Shown here in pieces: positions 1 through 9,556 of a stretch of 64,000 nucleotides of DNA; the stretch's first letter is position 1, and the number at the start of each line of letters is the position of its first letter. This DNA is from an uncultured bacterium (lineage in GTDB: Bacteria > Electryoneota > AABM5-125-24 > Hatepunaeales > Hatepunaeaceae). The notes beneath the pieces are model-generated. The model saw only the letters and a list, made by a program, of their open reading frames with translations. It ran no database searches and was not told where the DNA came from. The stretch is taken from NCBI GenBank assembly GCA_964627035.1, contig CAZVKN010000001.1:131707-195706 (forward strand). Direction: 5' to 3'. The position numbers and the translations under genes were made by a program.

Positions 1-243
1 CTTCCAAATCCTATCGCTCCCACTTGGCACATCATCATACAGTTCAATCACCTCAGCACCAAATCTGCGTGCGGCTGAGGCAATCATTGCGTCACCGGCA
101 GCGATAATCACTCTATCGAAAGAGATAGCTTTCTTCACTTGAGACCAGGTTCGCTCCAGAACAGGCTTACCGTTCAGGTCAGCGAGTAACTTGCCGGGGA
201 ATCTTGTAGAATCGTATCTCGCAGGAATTATTCCGACAATCAT
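1..243 (-). CDS. kdsB: CMP-KDO synthetase (3-deoxy-manno-octulosonate cytidylyltransferase), 5' part only; gene runs off the left edge
   Basis: Own minus-strand translation from ATG 243-241 gives MIVGIIPARYDSTRFPGKLLADLNGKPVLERTWSQVKK...GAEVIELYDDVPSGSDRIWK. The IIPARYxSTRxPGKxL..GKP N-terminus is typical of KdsB. The ORF is absent from the track because it is truncated. Confidence 0.85.
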   Translation of the reverse strand, partial: MIVGIIPARYDSTRFPGKLLADLNGKPVLERTWSQVKKAISFDRVIIAAGDAMIASAARRFGAEVIELYDDVPSGSDRIWK

Positions 244-290
244 CTAATTATAGTGCTGCTTAAGATATTGTTAATCTGGCTTTAGGTTCG

Positions 291-983
291 TCACAACTTA
301 TCAAGGATCACAACTTTACACGGTGCATGCTTTTTGAACAGCTCGGCATCATCGCCGGTTCCAACTACATCGGGGTCTCCCCAGTGCATCGGAATGGCAA
401 CCTGCGGCTTCAACATCTCACAGGCTGCAACCGCTTGCATCGCATCCATGACGTATGTACCTGAAACCGGAAGCAGTGCGATGTCACAGTCAATATCCTT
501 CATATGTGCGAAGCAGTCGCAGTCACCCGCATGGTATATCTTTATCCCATCCATCATGACTACATAACCGACATGCAGTAAATCAGGAGGATGAAAGTTC
601 TTGTCGGTGTTGTAAGCGACAGTGCTGTAGACTTTGACGCCGTTGACATCGTTGTGAAGAACCCAGGGCAATGTAAAAACATCCGCATCAGGATATACTG
701 ATCTGCAAGACACGGATGCCATCACCTTGCCTGAGGGTGCTAATGCTTTCTTGATGTCCTCCGGCGAGCAGTGGTCGTAATGCTCATGTGTTACCAGCAC
801 CAAGTCACCGTCGCCACCTGTGGATTGTTTCCAGGGATCAATGTAAACTGTCTTGGAGCCTTTTATCTTGAAGCTGTCGTGACCAAACCAGGTTATGTTA
901 TTTACCATTTCCATGACTTTTGGGTCAACTCCGGCATTGGCATTCTTTGTAGGCACTACACCTTTTACCGGAATCTCGATCAT
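291..983 (-). CDS. MBL-fold metallo-hydrolase
   Basis: 230-aa ORF with the HxHxDH motif (THEHYDHC) and later HAGD and MHWGD metal-ligand-like motifs. Its start overlaps the upstream ORF stop by 4 nt (ATGA). Confidence 0.8.
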   Translation of the reverse strand: MIEIPVKGVVPTKNANAGVDPKVMEMVNNITWFGHDSFKIKGSKTVYIDPWKQSTGGDGDLVLVTHEHYDHCSPEDIKKALAPSGKVMASVSCRSVYPDADVFTLPWVLHNDVNGVKVYSTVAYNTDKNFHPPDLLHVGYVVMMDGIKIYHAGDCDCFAHMKDIDCDIALLPVSGTYVMDAMQAVAACEMLKPQVAIPMHWGDPDVVGTGDDAELFKKHAPCKVVILDKL

Positions 984-1426
984 GTTATCCCCAAAACGGT
1001 ATTCTTAGATCCCCCAGCAGCCTTATAGACATAGAATATCTGACGAGGCTTCATTCCACTCTTTGACACAATCCTTTCAGTCAATTTAACAGCAGCCTGT
1101 GCAGGTTTGGCGTTTACCACCATTGTGCTCGCAGACGTCGGAGTATCGAATGTGAATACCTGCGCATCTGCGAGTTCCGGTGTCTCAATCTCGATCATGA
1201 TTTTACCCTTTAACTCGCCGATTTGCACATAAACGGAGTTATTTACAATATTATGTCCCGCTGCTCTGACATCCCGCATTAGTAGCTCCATCCTCTTCCC
1301 TAACCCGATAGGTATTCCCAGAAGATTTGTCACGGTCACGAAATAGAACGATTTGTCCAGCCAGTCGAACTCTTTTCTGTCCCATGAACCTTCATCAGCA
1401 TTTGGCTGTGGCATTGTATCCGACAT
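980..1426 (-). CDS. hypothetical protein (148 aa)
   Basis: Clean ORF translationally coupled to the downstream MBL gene. I recognise no motif. Confidence 0.6.
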   Translation of the reverse strand: MSDTMPQPNADEGSWDRKEFDWLDKSFYFVTVTNLLGIPIGLGKRMELLMRDVRAAGHNIVNNSVYVQIGELKGKIMIEIETPELADAQVFTFDTPTSASTMVVNAKPAQAAVKLTERIVSKSGMKPRQIFYVYKAAGGSKNTVLGIT

Positions 1427-1472
1427 GATAACTCCTTTCTATTGATAGTTGTTTGAATATTCAAGAAAACAG

Positions 1473-1529
1473 GTAGTGTCAGGCAATAGTGATACACTGT
1501 AGTCGTGGTTGTCCTCAACCACGACTACA
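1473..1529. repeat. Short copy of the TGTAGTCGTGGTTG hairpin repeat family (family B)
   Basis: The sequence is gtagtgtcaggcaa...tgtagtcgtggttg-tcctc-caaccacgactaca, which forms a perfect 14-bp stem. It is flanked by the direct repeat AAAACAG (1466-1472 and 1530-1536). It is related to 36879-36926, 40291-40436 and 50436-50455. Confidence 0.7.
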
Positions 1530-1583
1530 AAAACAGTAGTTAGTTAGCACTCTGATTTCTATAACCTAATAGTCTGATTCACG

Positions 1584-2699
1584 TCACACAAGACTTAATC
1601 CCTGTTCCTTTAACACCGATTCCAGCTCATAAAAGAATTTTTCATTTTCATGAGGTAATCCGATTGAAACACGAACATGATATGGCAGGTCATAGACATC
1701 TACAGGACGGATCACCACTCCCTTGTGAAGCATCAGGAGGAACAGCTCCCTGCCGGGTAGAGGAACATTTATCAGGATAAAGTTTGCTTCGGACGGAACG
1801 TATTGCAGTCCAAGCCTGTAACATTCACGGTAAAACAGTTCTTTCCCATCGGCATTCATCCTGACAGATTTCTCCAAAAAACCGTTGTCATCCAGTGCTC
1901 CCATTGCTGCATCCATCGCGAGTGAGTTCACGTTGAATGCTTCACGAACTGCATTCATTGAATGCGCAATCTCAGGTGTAGTAAGGGCATACCCGATCCT
2001 GATGCCGGCGAGTCCGTAAGACTTAGAGAATGTTCGTAGAACGATAATATTTCTCCCTTCATTGACAAACGCTAATGAATCGGGATAAAGCTCTTCATTT
2101 CGATAGTCATAATACGCCTCGTCAAAGATTACGATAACATCAGAAGGAATACGATCCATCAACCAGTTTACCTGACTACGATCCATCAACGTCCCGGTCG
2201 GATTGTTTGGATTGGCAATAAAGATCAGCTTGGTCTTATCTGTAATTTGATCTATCAAAGCTTCAGCATCCTGCTGCAGGTCAGGCATCTCCGCCCATTT
2301 GACGGTTCCGTCCATGATCTGAACTGCAATGCGGTACTTGAAGAACGCCTGCCTTCCGATCACAACTTCGTCTCCCCTGTCAACAAATGCCTCCGTTATG
2401 AGTTCGACAATCTCTGCAGAGCCGTTACCCAAAACAATTTGATTGGCTGCAATACCAATGTGATCGCTGAGCTTCTGTTTCAAATAGTATCCACCACCAT
2501 CGGGATACAGATGCAGATCAGAGAGAGATTTTGTCAATGCTGCAATCGCCTTCGGAGACGGTCCCCGCGGATTTTCATTTGATGCGAGTTTAATTACATC
2601 TTTGAGGTTATATTCCCTTTCAACCTCAGATATAGGCTTTCCCGGTTCATAAGGTATTATGTTTTTTATATTAGGACGTGATAATATGGAAGGCTTCAT
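1584..2699 (-). CDS. hisC: histidinol-phosphate aminotransferase
   Basis: 371 aa with the class-II aminotransferase motifs NPNNPTG and FSKSYGLAGIRIGY (PLP lysine) and the LASNENP N-terminal motif. Confidence 0.9.
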   Translation of the reverse strand: MKPSILSRPNIKNIIPYEPGKPISEVEREYNLKDVIKLASNENPRGPSPKAIAALTKSLSDLHLYPDGGGYYLKQKLSDHIGIAANQIVLGNGSAEIVELITEAFVDRGDEVVIGRQAFFKYRIAVQIMDGTVKWAEMPDLQQDAEALIDQITDKTKLIFIANPNNPTGTLMDRSQVNWLMDRIPSDVIVIFDEAYYDYRNEELYPDSLAFVNEGRNIIVLRTFSKSYGLAGIRIGYALTTPEIAHSMNAVREAFNVNSLAMDAAMGALDDNGFLEKSVRMNADGKELFYRECYRLGLQYVPSEANFILINVPLPGRELFLLMLHKGVVIRPVDVYDLPYHVRVSIGLPHENEKFFYELESVLKEQGLSLV

Positions 2700-2716
2700 T
2701 ATTGTTTGTTCCTCTG

Positions 2717-3592
2717 CTATTCAAATTCCTTGACTGACCACCAATAAACCAATGCAATCAAGACCAACTCACAAAATATAATAACAAAACTGTAGTTTTT
2801 TTCTATGTTATCGTCTTTAAATTTGTGGATATTGCTAAAAATCTCCAGATCCCAGCCGAGTTGCAGGCATACTATCGGTTCAGGATAGTGATTCGATTCA
2901 GCATAGATCAGCTTTTCAGGTTCAAAGTCCTGACCTTGCTGAAAATATACCTCACCTTTCTCTGTCAGTATTCTGAAAGAAATGGTGGAGATCTCTGTTG
3001 AAGGGGTAATCCCCTGGTTCGCTTGAAACTGAACAAGAGGAAACCGAGCACGGTGAATCATATCGTGGAGAAAACGGGGCACATCCCGCTCGAGATACTC
3101 ATTTACAGAAAAGAACACTCCAGCCACCTGACGTGGTTTTGTGCTTTTGTAAGGCACTTTAATATACCCAAGCCAATATTTATCCTGATCACTCTCAAAT
3201 GTTGTGATCTGAAGTAGCCCACTCGGGTTGTCTTCCCATGCGCCTGTTTCAGCACGAATAGCGGCTTCTTCAAGTGCCCAGGGTGAAACTGGATGATCAA
3301 TGTGAGTAGTGTTCATAATCAGATCCCTCACAAAGCTGACGGGCATGTAATTGTCACCTGCCCACTTTGTCATCAGATCAACTCTGATTTCATCAGTCTC
3401 AGGATTGTTCTCTAAAAAATGCAATAACTGTTCTAACGGGACAAAGTATGGATCTGTTACTGTTTGGTGAATCGCAGTGGCTATCGCCTTACCGAGAGCG
3501 GACGCTGACAAATCAGTCTTGACAGGCTCATTTTGATCTGATTCGGCGGTCAGTAGGTGAACTCCGAGAACAATTCCAATAATAATCACCAA
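2717..3592 (-). CDS. hypothetical membrane-anchored protein
   Basis: 291 aa with hydrophobic N- and C-terminal segments. The track start is TTG. A taaggag lies about 27 nt upstream, so the true start may be a few codons earlier at a non-ATG codon. Confidence 0.6.
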   Translation of the reverse strand: MVIIIGIVLGVHLLTAESDQNEPVKTDLSASALGKAIATAIHQTVTDPYFVPLEQLLHFLENNPETDEIRVDLMTKWAGDNYMPVSFVRDLIMNTTHIDHPVSPWALEEAAIRAETGAWEDNPSGLLQITTFESDQDKYWLGYIKVPYKSTKPRQVAGVFFSVNEYLERDVPRFLHDMIHRARFPLVQFQANQGITPSTEISTISFRILTEKGEVYFQQGQDFEPEKLIYAESNHYPEPIVCLQLGWDLEIFSNIHKFKDDNIEKNYSFVIIFCELVLIALVYWWSVKEFE

Positions 3593-3700
3593 TGATACAA
3601 TTCTTCTAATTGTCCGGGCTCCTTAATTTATTGAATGCTCTCTACCACGATGTCGGGCTTTGGACAAGCCAAACTACAGAATATCGGCTGCGTTAAAATA

Positions 3701-4966
3701 CTATTCTCTGATCCTTCTGATGTTGGCGCCGAGTGCTGACAGCTTAGATTCTATACGTTCGTAACCGCGGTCAATGTGATAGACACGGAGAATATCTGAA
3801 TGTCCTCGCGCAGCCAAAGCAGCTAACACCACACCTGCAGAGGCTCTAATATCTGAACACATCACCGAAGCACCGATTAACTCTTTCACCCCTCTGACTG
3901 TCGCACTGTTGCCATCCTTGCGGATGTCTGCACCGAGACGAGCTAACTCAAGAATGTGTGTAAATCTTTCCGGGTAAATACTGTCAGTAATTAGAGAATT
4001 ACCGTCTGCCAATGCCATAAGCGTTATCCAGATCGGCTGTAAATCAGTTGGAAAACCGGGATAAGCCGCAGTGGACACATCAACAGATTGTAATCTGATG
4101 CCTTTTGCTTTGAGAGTTATCGTGTCATCATCAATTTTAAGATTGGTGCCTGTCTCCTTCAATTTATCAAGAACGATGGACATCTGATCGGGACGACAGT
4201 TGCAGACAGTAACCTCACCACCGGTCACAGCGCCGGCAAACAGCAGGGTTGCCGCTTCAATCCTGTCCGGAATCACCTTCCATTCGACAGGATGTAATTC
4301 ACCAACTCCGGTGATTTCCAAGTGCGCTGTACCGATGCCTTCAATCGAGGCGCCCATCTTGACCAACATCTCACACAGATCAACTATCTCCGGCTCGAAC
4401 GAAGCGTTGTCAATCACGGTTTGACCATCAGCAAGAACCGCTGCCATTAGAAGATTTCCTGTTGAACCAACCGAGGATATGTCGAAGCTGATATGGTTTC
4501 CACACATCTTACTGCCGGAAACATTACACCATACATAGCCACCGGAAATCGTAACATCACACCCCATTTTGGCGAATGCTTTCAGATGAAGATCAACCGG
4601 TCTTGGTCCTAAGGCACACCCTCCGGGAAGACTAACCTTTGCTTTTCCATATCGAGCGAGCAGAGGACCCATAACGTAAAATGAGGCGCGCATCTTGCGC
4701 ACAAGGTCATACGGCGCTTCCCATCCTTTACACTCGGAGCTGTCTATACGAAGAATCCCGTCTGATAGCACAACATCAGCACCAAGGTATCTCAGCACCA
4801 TTGCCATGGTTCGGATGTCCTGCAAATCGGGAACATTGTAAATTACAGTAGTGCCATCGGTCAACAAGGATGCAGCCATTAGCGGAAGTGCTGCGTTTTT
4901 TGAACCGGCACAGTTAATCGAGCCAACTAACGGTATTTGTCCTTCAACTTCAAATCTATCTATCAT
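3701..4966 (-). CDS. murA: UDP-N-acetylglucosamine 1-carboxyvinyltransferase
   Basis: 421 aa with GSKNAALP, the LPGGCALGPRPVDLH active-site Cys loop and a C-terminal HIDRGYE motif. Confidence 0.95.
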   Translation of the reverse strand: MIDRFEVEGQIPLVGSINCAGSKNAALPLMAASLLTDGTTVIYNVPDLQDIRTMAMVLRYLGADVVLSDGILRIDSSECKGWEAPYDLVRKMRASFYVMGPLLARYGKAKVSLPGGCALGPRPVDLHLKAFAKMGCDVTISGGYVWCNVSGSKMCGNHISFDISSVGSTGNLLMAAVLADGQTVIDNASFEPEIVDLCEMLVKMGASIEGIGTAHLEITGVGELHPVEWKVIPDRIEAATLLFAGAVTGGEVTVCNCRPDQMSIVLDKLKETGTNLKIDDDTITLKAKGIRLQSVDVSTAAYPGFPTDLQPIWITLMALADGNSLITDSIYPERFTHILELARLGADIRKDGNSATVRGVKELIGASVMCSDIRASAGVVLAALAARGHSDILRVYHIDRGYERIESKLSALGANIRRIRE

Positions 4967-4991
4967 TTACTATAGTTGTAAAAATGTTTTT

Positions 4992-6644
4992 TTAATTAAG
5001 CGAGAGCATATTTTGAGCCTGTCGAATCGCTGCTTCGGTGATTTTGCCACCTGACAGCAGTGAAGCGATCTCGTCCAATCGTTGATCTGGAGAGAGATTG
5101 GTAATCGCTGCTTCAGTCCCGTTTGAAACGAGTTTTTTCTCAACTTTAACATGATTGTCCGCCAAGCCAGCAATCTGAGGCAGATGAGTAATTGCCATTA
5201 GTTGGCTGTTTCGGGACAGCACTGTTAATTTCTTTCCAATCAACTCAGCAATTCTTCCCGAAACTCCTGTGTCAATTTCATCAAATACAATGAAAACATC
5301 CTCCCCAGAGGAGGGTAAAGCTTCTTTCAGGGCGAGCAGCAATCTGGAAAGTTCTCCACCGGATGCAACCTGATCTAACAGTTTAGGTTTTAGTCCGATA
5401 TTGGCTGATAAATAGAAGTTAATATTGTCTATGCCGCTTGATTCTAATTTATATCTCTTATCAGTTTTGACATATAACCCGCGACTGTCTTCCATCCTTT
5501 CAATCCGCACTTCAAACATCGCTCCCTTCATACCGAGTTGTGATAGAGAATTCTTAACTTTTGCTTCAAGCTTCAGAGCTAACTTCTGACGCACTTCGCT
5601 TATCTTCTCAGCGAGACTGGACAGTTTATCAAGGAGTATTTCTTTTCTCTCATCCAACTCGCTCAAAACAGTGGCAGAATTGTCTCCTTCTGCTTTCTGT
5701 CTCAGAAGTTTAATCCGCTGTTCAATTACAGATTCTATGCTCCCCCCATATTTTTTAGCAAGACCGACAAGCCGCTGCTGTCGTTGCCGTAACGACTCCA
5801 ACCTGTTCTGGTCAAATTGCAAAACCCTACAACGTTGGGAAACTCTTAAACCAATCTCTTTTAATACCGCACGAGATGATTCAAAATCTTCAGAAAGCTC
5901 GGTTAGCTCCTTATCAATCTCAATCAGCTTTGACAAATGCGTGGATGCTTCAGAAAGCTGCCCATCCACCGAGTTTGTGCTGCCGATCAAAATATTTTCA
6001 ATCTGAAATCCGCTTTCTGTTAGTTCTTCAAAATGTTCCAATCTGTGGAGTTCGGATATTATTGACTTATCCTCACCTGCCTGCGGATCAACCTTCTCAA
6101 TTTCATTAAGCTTAAAATCAATTATCTCCTGTCTCTGTAAGTATTCATCTCTGGAGTGTGCTACTCTTTTTATTTCTTTTTCCAACTGCAGATACTTTCC
6201 GAAAAGACCTCTTAAACTATCTACTTCACATCTGAGTCCTGCGAACGTATCGAGTAACTGCAGATGATTTTCTGGATTCAGCAGATGGCTAAATGCACGC
6301 TGGGAGGTAACATCAACCAGTGACTGTGCCATTGGGGTAAATTTTTTCAGTGTTGTCGGTAGGTTGTTAGTATAGGCTTTTGTCTTTCCATCAATAGACA
6401 GCTCACGCTTCAACAGTATTGATTCATCATGATCGAATTCAAATTGTCCCTGCACAGTCGCAACTGATGCACCATCCCGTACGACACCGATGGAGCACTT
6501 TCCTCCAATCAAAAATGAGATAGCATTAACCAGCAGCGACTTACCGGAACCTGTCTCTCCGGTTATAGCCGTGAATCCGTTGTTAAGGTTTAGCTCGACA
6601 TCTTTGAGGAGCGCAAAATCGTTGATGATCAGCTTCTTTAGCAT
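4992..6644 (-). CDS. recN: DNA repair protein RecN
   Basis: 550 aa with an N-terminal Walker A (GETGSGKS), a long coiled-coil middle, and a C-terminal SGGELSRLLLALK signature plus Walker B (FDEIDTGVSG). Confidence 0.93.
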   Translation of the reverse strand: MLKKLIINDFALLKDVELNLNNGFTAITGETGSGKSLLVNAISFLIGGKCSIGVVRDGASVATVQGQFEFDHDESILLKRELSIDGKTKAYTNNLPTTLKKFTPMAQSLVDVTSQRAFSHLLNPENHLQLLDTFAGLRCEVDSLRGLFGKYLQLEKEIKRVAHSRDEYLQRQEIIDFKLNEIEKVDPQAGEDKSIISELHRLEHFEELTESGFQIENILIGSTNSVDGQLSEASTHLSKLIEIDKELTELSEDFESSRAVLKEIGLRVSQRCRVLQFDQNRLESLRQRQQRLVGLAKKYGGSIESVIEQRIKLLRQKAEGDNSATVLSELDERKEILLDKLSSLAEKISEVRQKLALKLEAKVKNSLSQLGMKGAMFEVRIERMEDSRGLYVKTDKRYKLESSGIDNINFYLSANIGLKPKLLDQVASGGELSRLLLALKEALPSSGEDVFIVFDEIDTGVSGRIAELIGKKLTVLSRNSQLMAITHLPQIAGLADNHVKVEKKLVSNGTEAAITNLSPDQRLDEIASLLSGGKITEAAIRQAQNMLSLN

Positions 6645-6654
6645 ATGAATGAGG

Positions 6655-8940
6655 TCATTTCCAAATTACAGCAACCTTTCCTTGAGCGGCATCTCCATTG
6701 TCGTTGTATGCTAGAAGTAAATAAATACCGTCGGCTGTTTTTTGACCATTCTGATCCCTTCCATCCCACCCGAGTGCTGCCTGATTGTTACTAAGGCTTC
6801 TGACCAATCTTCCATCAGGAGTATAAATATTAACGGAACCTGAGCCAGCCAATGAACTGCCTGTAAAATACATTTTACCTTTATTCGGATTGAATGGATT
6901 TGGTTCAATGGTCAGAGACGAAATCTGTTCACCATAATCCCGATAAGGTGTAAACAGAGCTGCTGTTCCTTCATCTGTAGCGATATAAGCCCAGCCACTG
7001 CCCGGATCTATCCCTATCTGTCTGACATTATCCGAAGGTAAATAGTCAGGATAGTTAGACGTTATAGTGCGGGAGATGGTGAACATGTCAACGTCCAGTA
7101 CGATTACTCCGAAATTGGTTCCGAACCATCGGTTTCCTCTCGGATCAATTGTGATGTCATTTATCTCATCGCGCAGAGAATAGACACGGCTAAAGCTATA
7201 TCCGGACAAATCAGATTGGTCAGCTTCAATGTAATATGCTCCATCAACACTGCCAGCCCAGATATATCCTGCAGGATCCCAAGCAAGACTGTTTATCTGT
7301 CCAGAGTTAAGTCCGGGCAGCTTGAGCCAGCTTGTGTCGTCCGATGGGTCTCCGGGGGTTCCGTTTGGGTCTAAAACATAGACACCCTGAATACTTTGAA
7401 TTGATGTCGAGGTGGCATTTGAAGCTAACCAGATCCTCCCTCTTTGATCTATCGCAATTCGTTCAAAAAATGGGAAATTGTTGAACAGAGATCTATGAAA
7501 ATAGTACCATTCCTTGTCTTCAACGGGAGATTCAATATAGTCTCTTGGAATGCACACCAAAGTATTTCCATCATTTGCAGAGTGGTTTACAACCCATACA
7601 TTGCCAAAGGGATCCGTTGCAACAGCTGGAGTAATTGTCCAGTTCGGAACATCCACACTATTTGCTAATCTGCTCCCTGTTTCAGCCGTGTGGTCGTAGA
7701 AAGTGATTGTGCTATCCGGGTTGAATCGCGCTATTCCACCTCCAAACGATCCTGCCCAGATTCCACCCTTGAAATCTATGGTTATGGATCGGATTTGCCT
7801 TGAAAAGATTGATTGTGTGAACTCCGGTCTGGTCCATCGCTGCCATTCACTGCCGTTAAATCTGCTTATACCAAACTCACCCCCACTTCGTCCTCCACCG
7901 AAGATTAGGTCACCATTGTCGGCAAAATCAATCGCATTGATGGAGTTACTGTTTGGTCCGGAAGGTTGAAAGTTAACCCAACCACTGTCAGACAAAACGG
8001 AAATACCACTTTCAGATCTCCCATCATTCCTGATTCCTGCCCAGATTGCACCCGATGTATCGAGGGCAACACTACTCACTGATATTCGTGGGACTACGCC
8101 CCAATCGCTTCCGTTCCACGTTGCAACTCCATTTCTGATCACCGCTCGAAGAGAATCGTTGCCAACACCCAGGCGTTGAACATCGGTTCTGGAACTGAAT
8201 TGTGTCCAGTCTGATCCGTCCCAAGCTGAGACTCCGCCGTTTGTTGATACCAGAATTTGGTTATCAAATTCAATGAGATCAATTATTACATCTCCGGATA
8301 GTCCTGAAAGCGAGTTGTAATTTTGCCAAATAAGGGGATCGGGGCTGGTCAGATCACCACAAGCAAGACCCAAATCAGTACCGACCCATAATTTATTGTC
8401 TCTGATCAGAACTGAATTTGCAGTGGTCATTACAGGTAAGCTGCCAAGCTGATTGTAACCGGTCTTGACAACCCAGCGGTCAATATGATCCTCATAGCTC
8501 AACAGTATGATCCCCCTATTGGTAGCTATATAGATCCCGTCGTCACCGATTACAATGTCATTGAGTGCAGATATGTCGGTTTCCTGAGAGAGCTGGGTGA
8601 TAGTGTGAGTTATCCCCTGCTCATGTTTGAACCTTTGGATAACACGATTATCGAACAGTATCCATATACCGCCATCACTGTCCGAAGCCAATTGAGTGAT
8701 GCCGACTCCCGCTAAACCGTCCAATAAAGAATATGAAGTGAACAATTTCCGTTCAACATCAAATCCTGTCAGTCCTCCGGATGTTGCCAGCCACAGACAG
8801 TCGTCCAAAAACAGCAAGTCGCGGACATTTCGCTTATCGGTCAATATCCGCCACTCATCTGCAAAAGTTATCACGGGCATAGCAAGCCCTATGAAGATTA
8901 CGATTAGAATTCGCCTGATCATTGTTTTGCACTCCGGCAC
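6655..8940 (-). CDS. secreted beta-propeller repeat protein with a FlgD-Ig/T9SS-like C-terminal domain
   Basis: 761 aa with a signal peptide and many repeats of the type G.W.GT..G... (two-component-regulator-propeller-like). The C-terminus reads EPNPFNPNKGKMYF...DGIYLLLA...GKVAVIWK. Confidence 0.8.
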   Translation of the reverse strand: MPECKTMIRRILIVIFIGLAMPVITFADEWRILTDKRNVRDLLFLDDCLWLATSGGLTGFDVERKLFTSYSLLDGLAGVGITQLASDSDGGIWILFDNRVIQRFKHEQGITHTITQLSQETDISALNDIVIGDDGIYIATNRGIILLSYEDHIDRWVVKTGYNQLGSLPVMTTANSVLIRDNKLWVGTDLGLACGDLTSPDPLIWQNYNSLSGLSGDVIIDLIEFDNQILVSTNGGVSAWDGSDWTQFSSRTDVQRLGVGNDSLRAVIRNGVATWNGSDWGVVPRISVSSVALDTSGAIWAGIRNDGRSESGISVLSDSGWVNFQPSGPNSNSINAIDFADNGDLIFGGGRSGGEFGISRFNGSEWQRWTRPEFTQSIFSRQIRSITIDFKGGIWAGSFGGGIARFNPDSTITFYDHTAETGSRLANSVDVPNWTITPAVATDPFGNVWVVNHSANDGNTLVCIPRDYIESPVEDKEWYYFHRSLFNNFPFFERIAIDQRGRIWLASNATSTSIQSIQGVYVLDPNGTPGDPSDDTSWLKLPGLNSGQINSLAWDPAGYIWAGSVDGAYYIEADQSDLSGYSFSRVYSLRDEINDITIDPRGNRWFGTNFGVIVLDVDMFTISRTITSNYPDYLPSDNVRQIGIDPGSGWAYIATDEGTAALFTPYRDYGEQISSLTIEPNPFNPNKGKMYFTGSSLAGSGSVNIYTPDGRLVRSLSNNQAALGWDGRDQNGQKTADGIYLLLAYNDNGDAAQGKVAVIWK

Positions 8941-9048
8941 TATTTGGGAAATAGCACCTAAAATTGAATTGAATAACTAAACTTGTGAATCAATCACAAT
9001 ATCCTGCCGTCAAATTTGCCCTTTAACAGGATAAAATCAGCGCCTATT

Positions 9049-9522
9049 TTATAGTCGCCTCCACAAGTTTACCAATTCAATTGCGGCGAGGGTGGCATCC
9101 CAGCCTTTATTACCGGATTTAGTACCGGCGCGCTCGATTGCCTGATCTATTGTGTCTGTTGTCAGCACTCCAAAAGTCACCGGAATCTTGCTCTGCAGAC
9201 TTACCTGCGCAACACCCTTGGCTACTTCCGAAGCAACATAATCAAAGTGAGGTGTCGCCCCGCGAATCACTGCGCCCAGCGTGACCACCGCATCAAATTT
9301 ACCGCTGGTCGCTACCTTGCCGGTGGTTGCAGGGATGTCGAAAGCACCGGGTACTTTGAACACAGAATAGTTGATCTCGTTTTCACTGTGTCTTTTCAGA
9401 CAATCAATAGCACCTTCAAGCAATCGTTGACTGATGAAATCATTAAACCGACCGACAATGAAAGCGAAACGGATGCCGTCTGCTGTGAGATGACCTTCGA
9501 TTATGTTCTCTGCTTTACTCAA
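9049..9522 (-). CDS. ribH: 6,7-dimethyl-8-ribityllumazine synthase
   Basis: 157 aa with [36 protein letters not shown] and [11 protein letters not shown], all typical of RibH. Confidence 0.95.
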   Translation of the reverse strand: MSKAENIIEGHLTADGIRFAFIVGRFNDFISQRLLEGAIDCLKRHSENEINYSVFKVPGAFDIPATTGKVATSGKFDAVVTLGAVIRGATPHFDYVASEVAKGVAQVSLQSKIPVTFGVLTTDTIDQAIERAGTKSGNKGWDATLAAIELVNLWRRL

Positions 9523-9556
9523 TATCCACTCTCGTTATTTAAGGGATTTACTATCA

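Noticed and set aside
9523-9556. FMN riboswitch upstream of ribH.
   Set aside because: Only 34 nt separate ribH from the preceding giant gene. That is far too short for an RFN element, and none of its conserved stems is visible.
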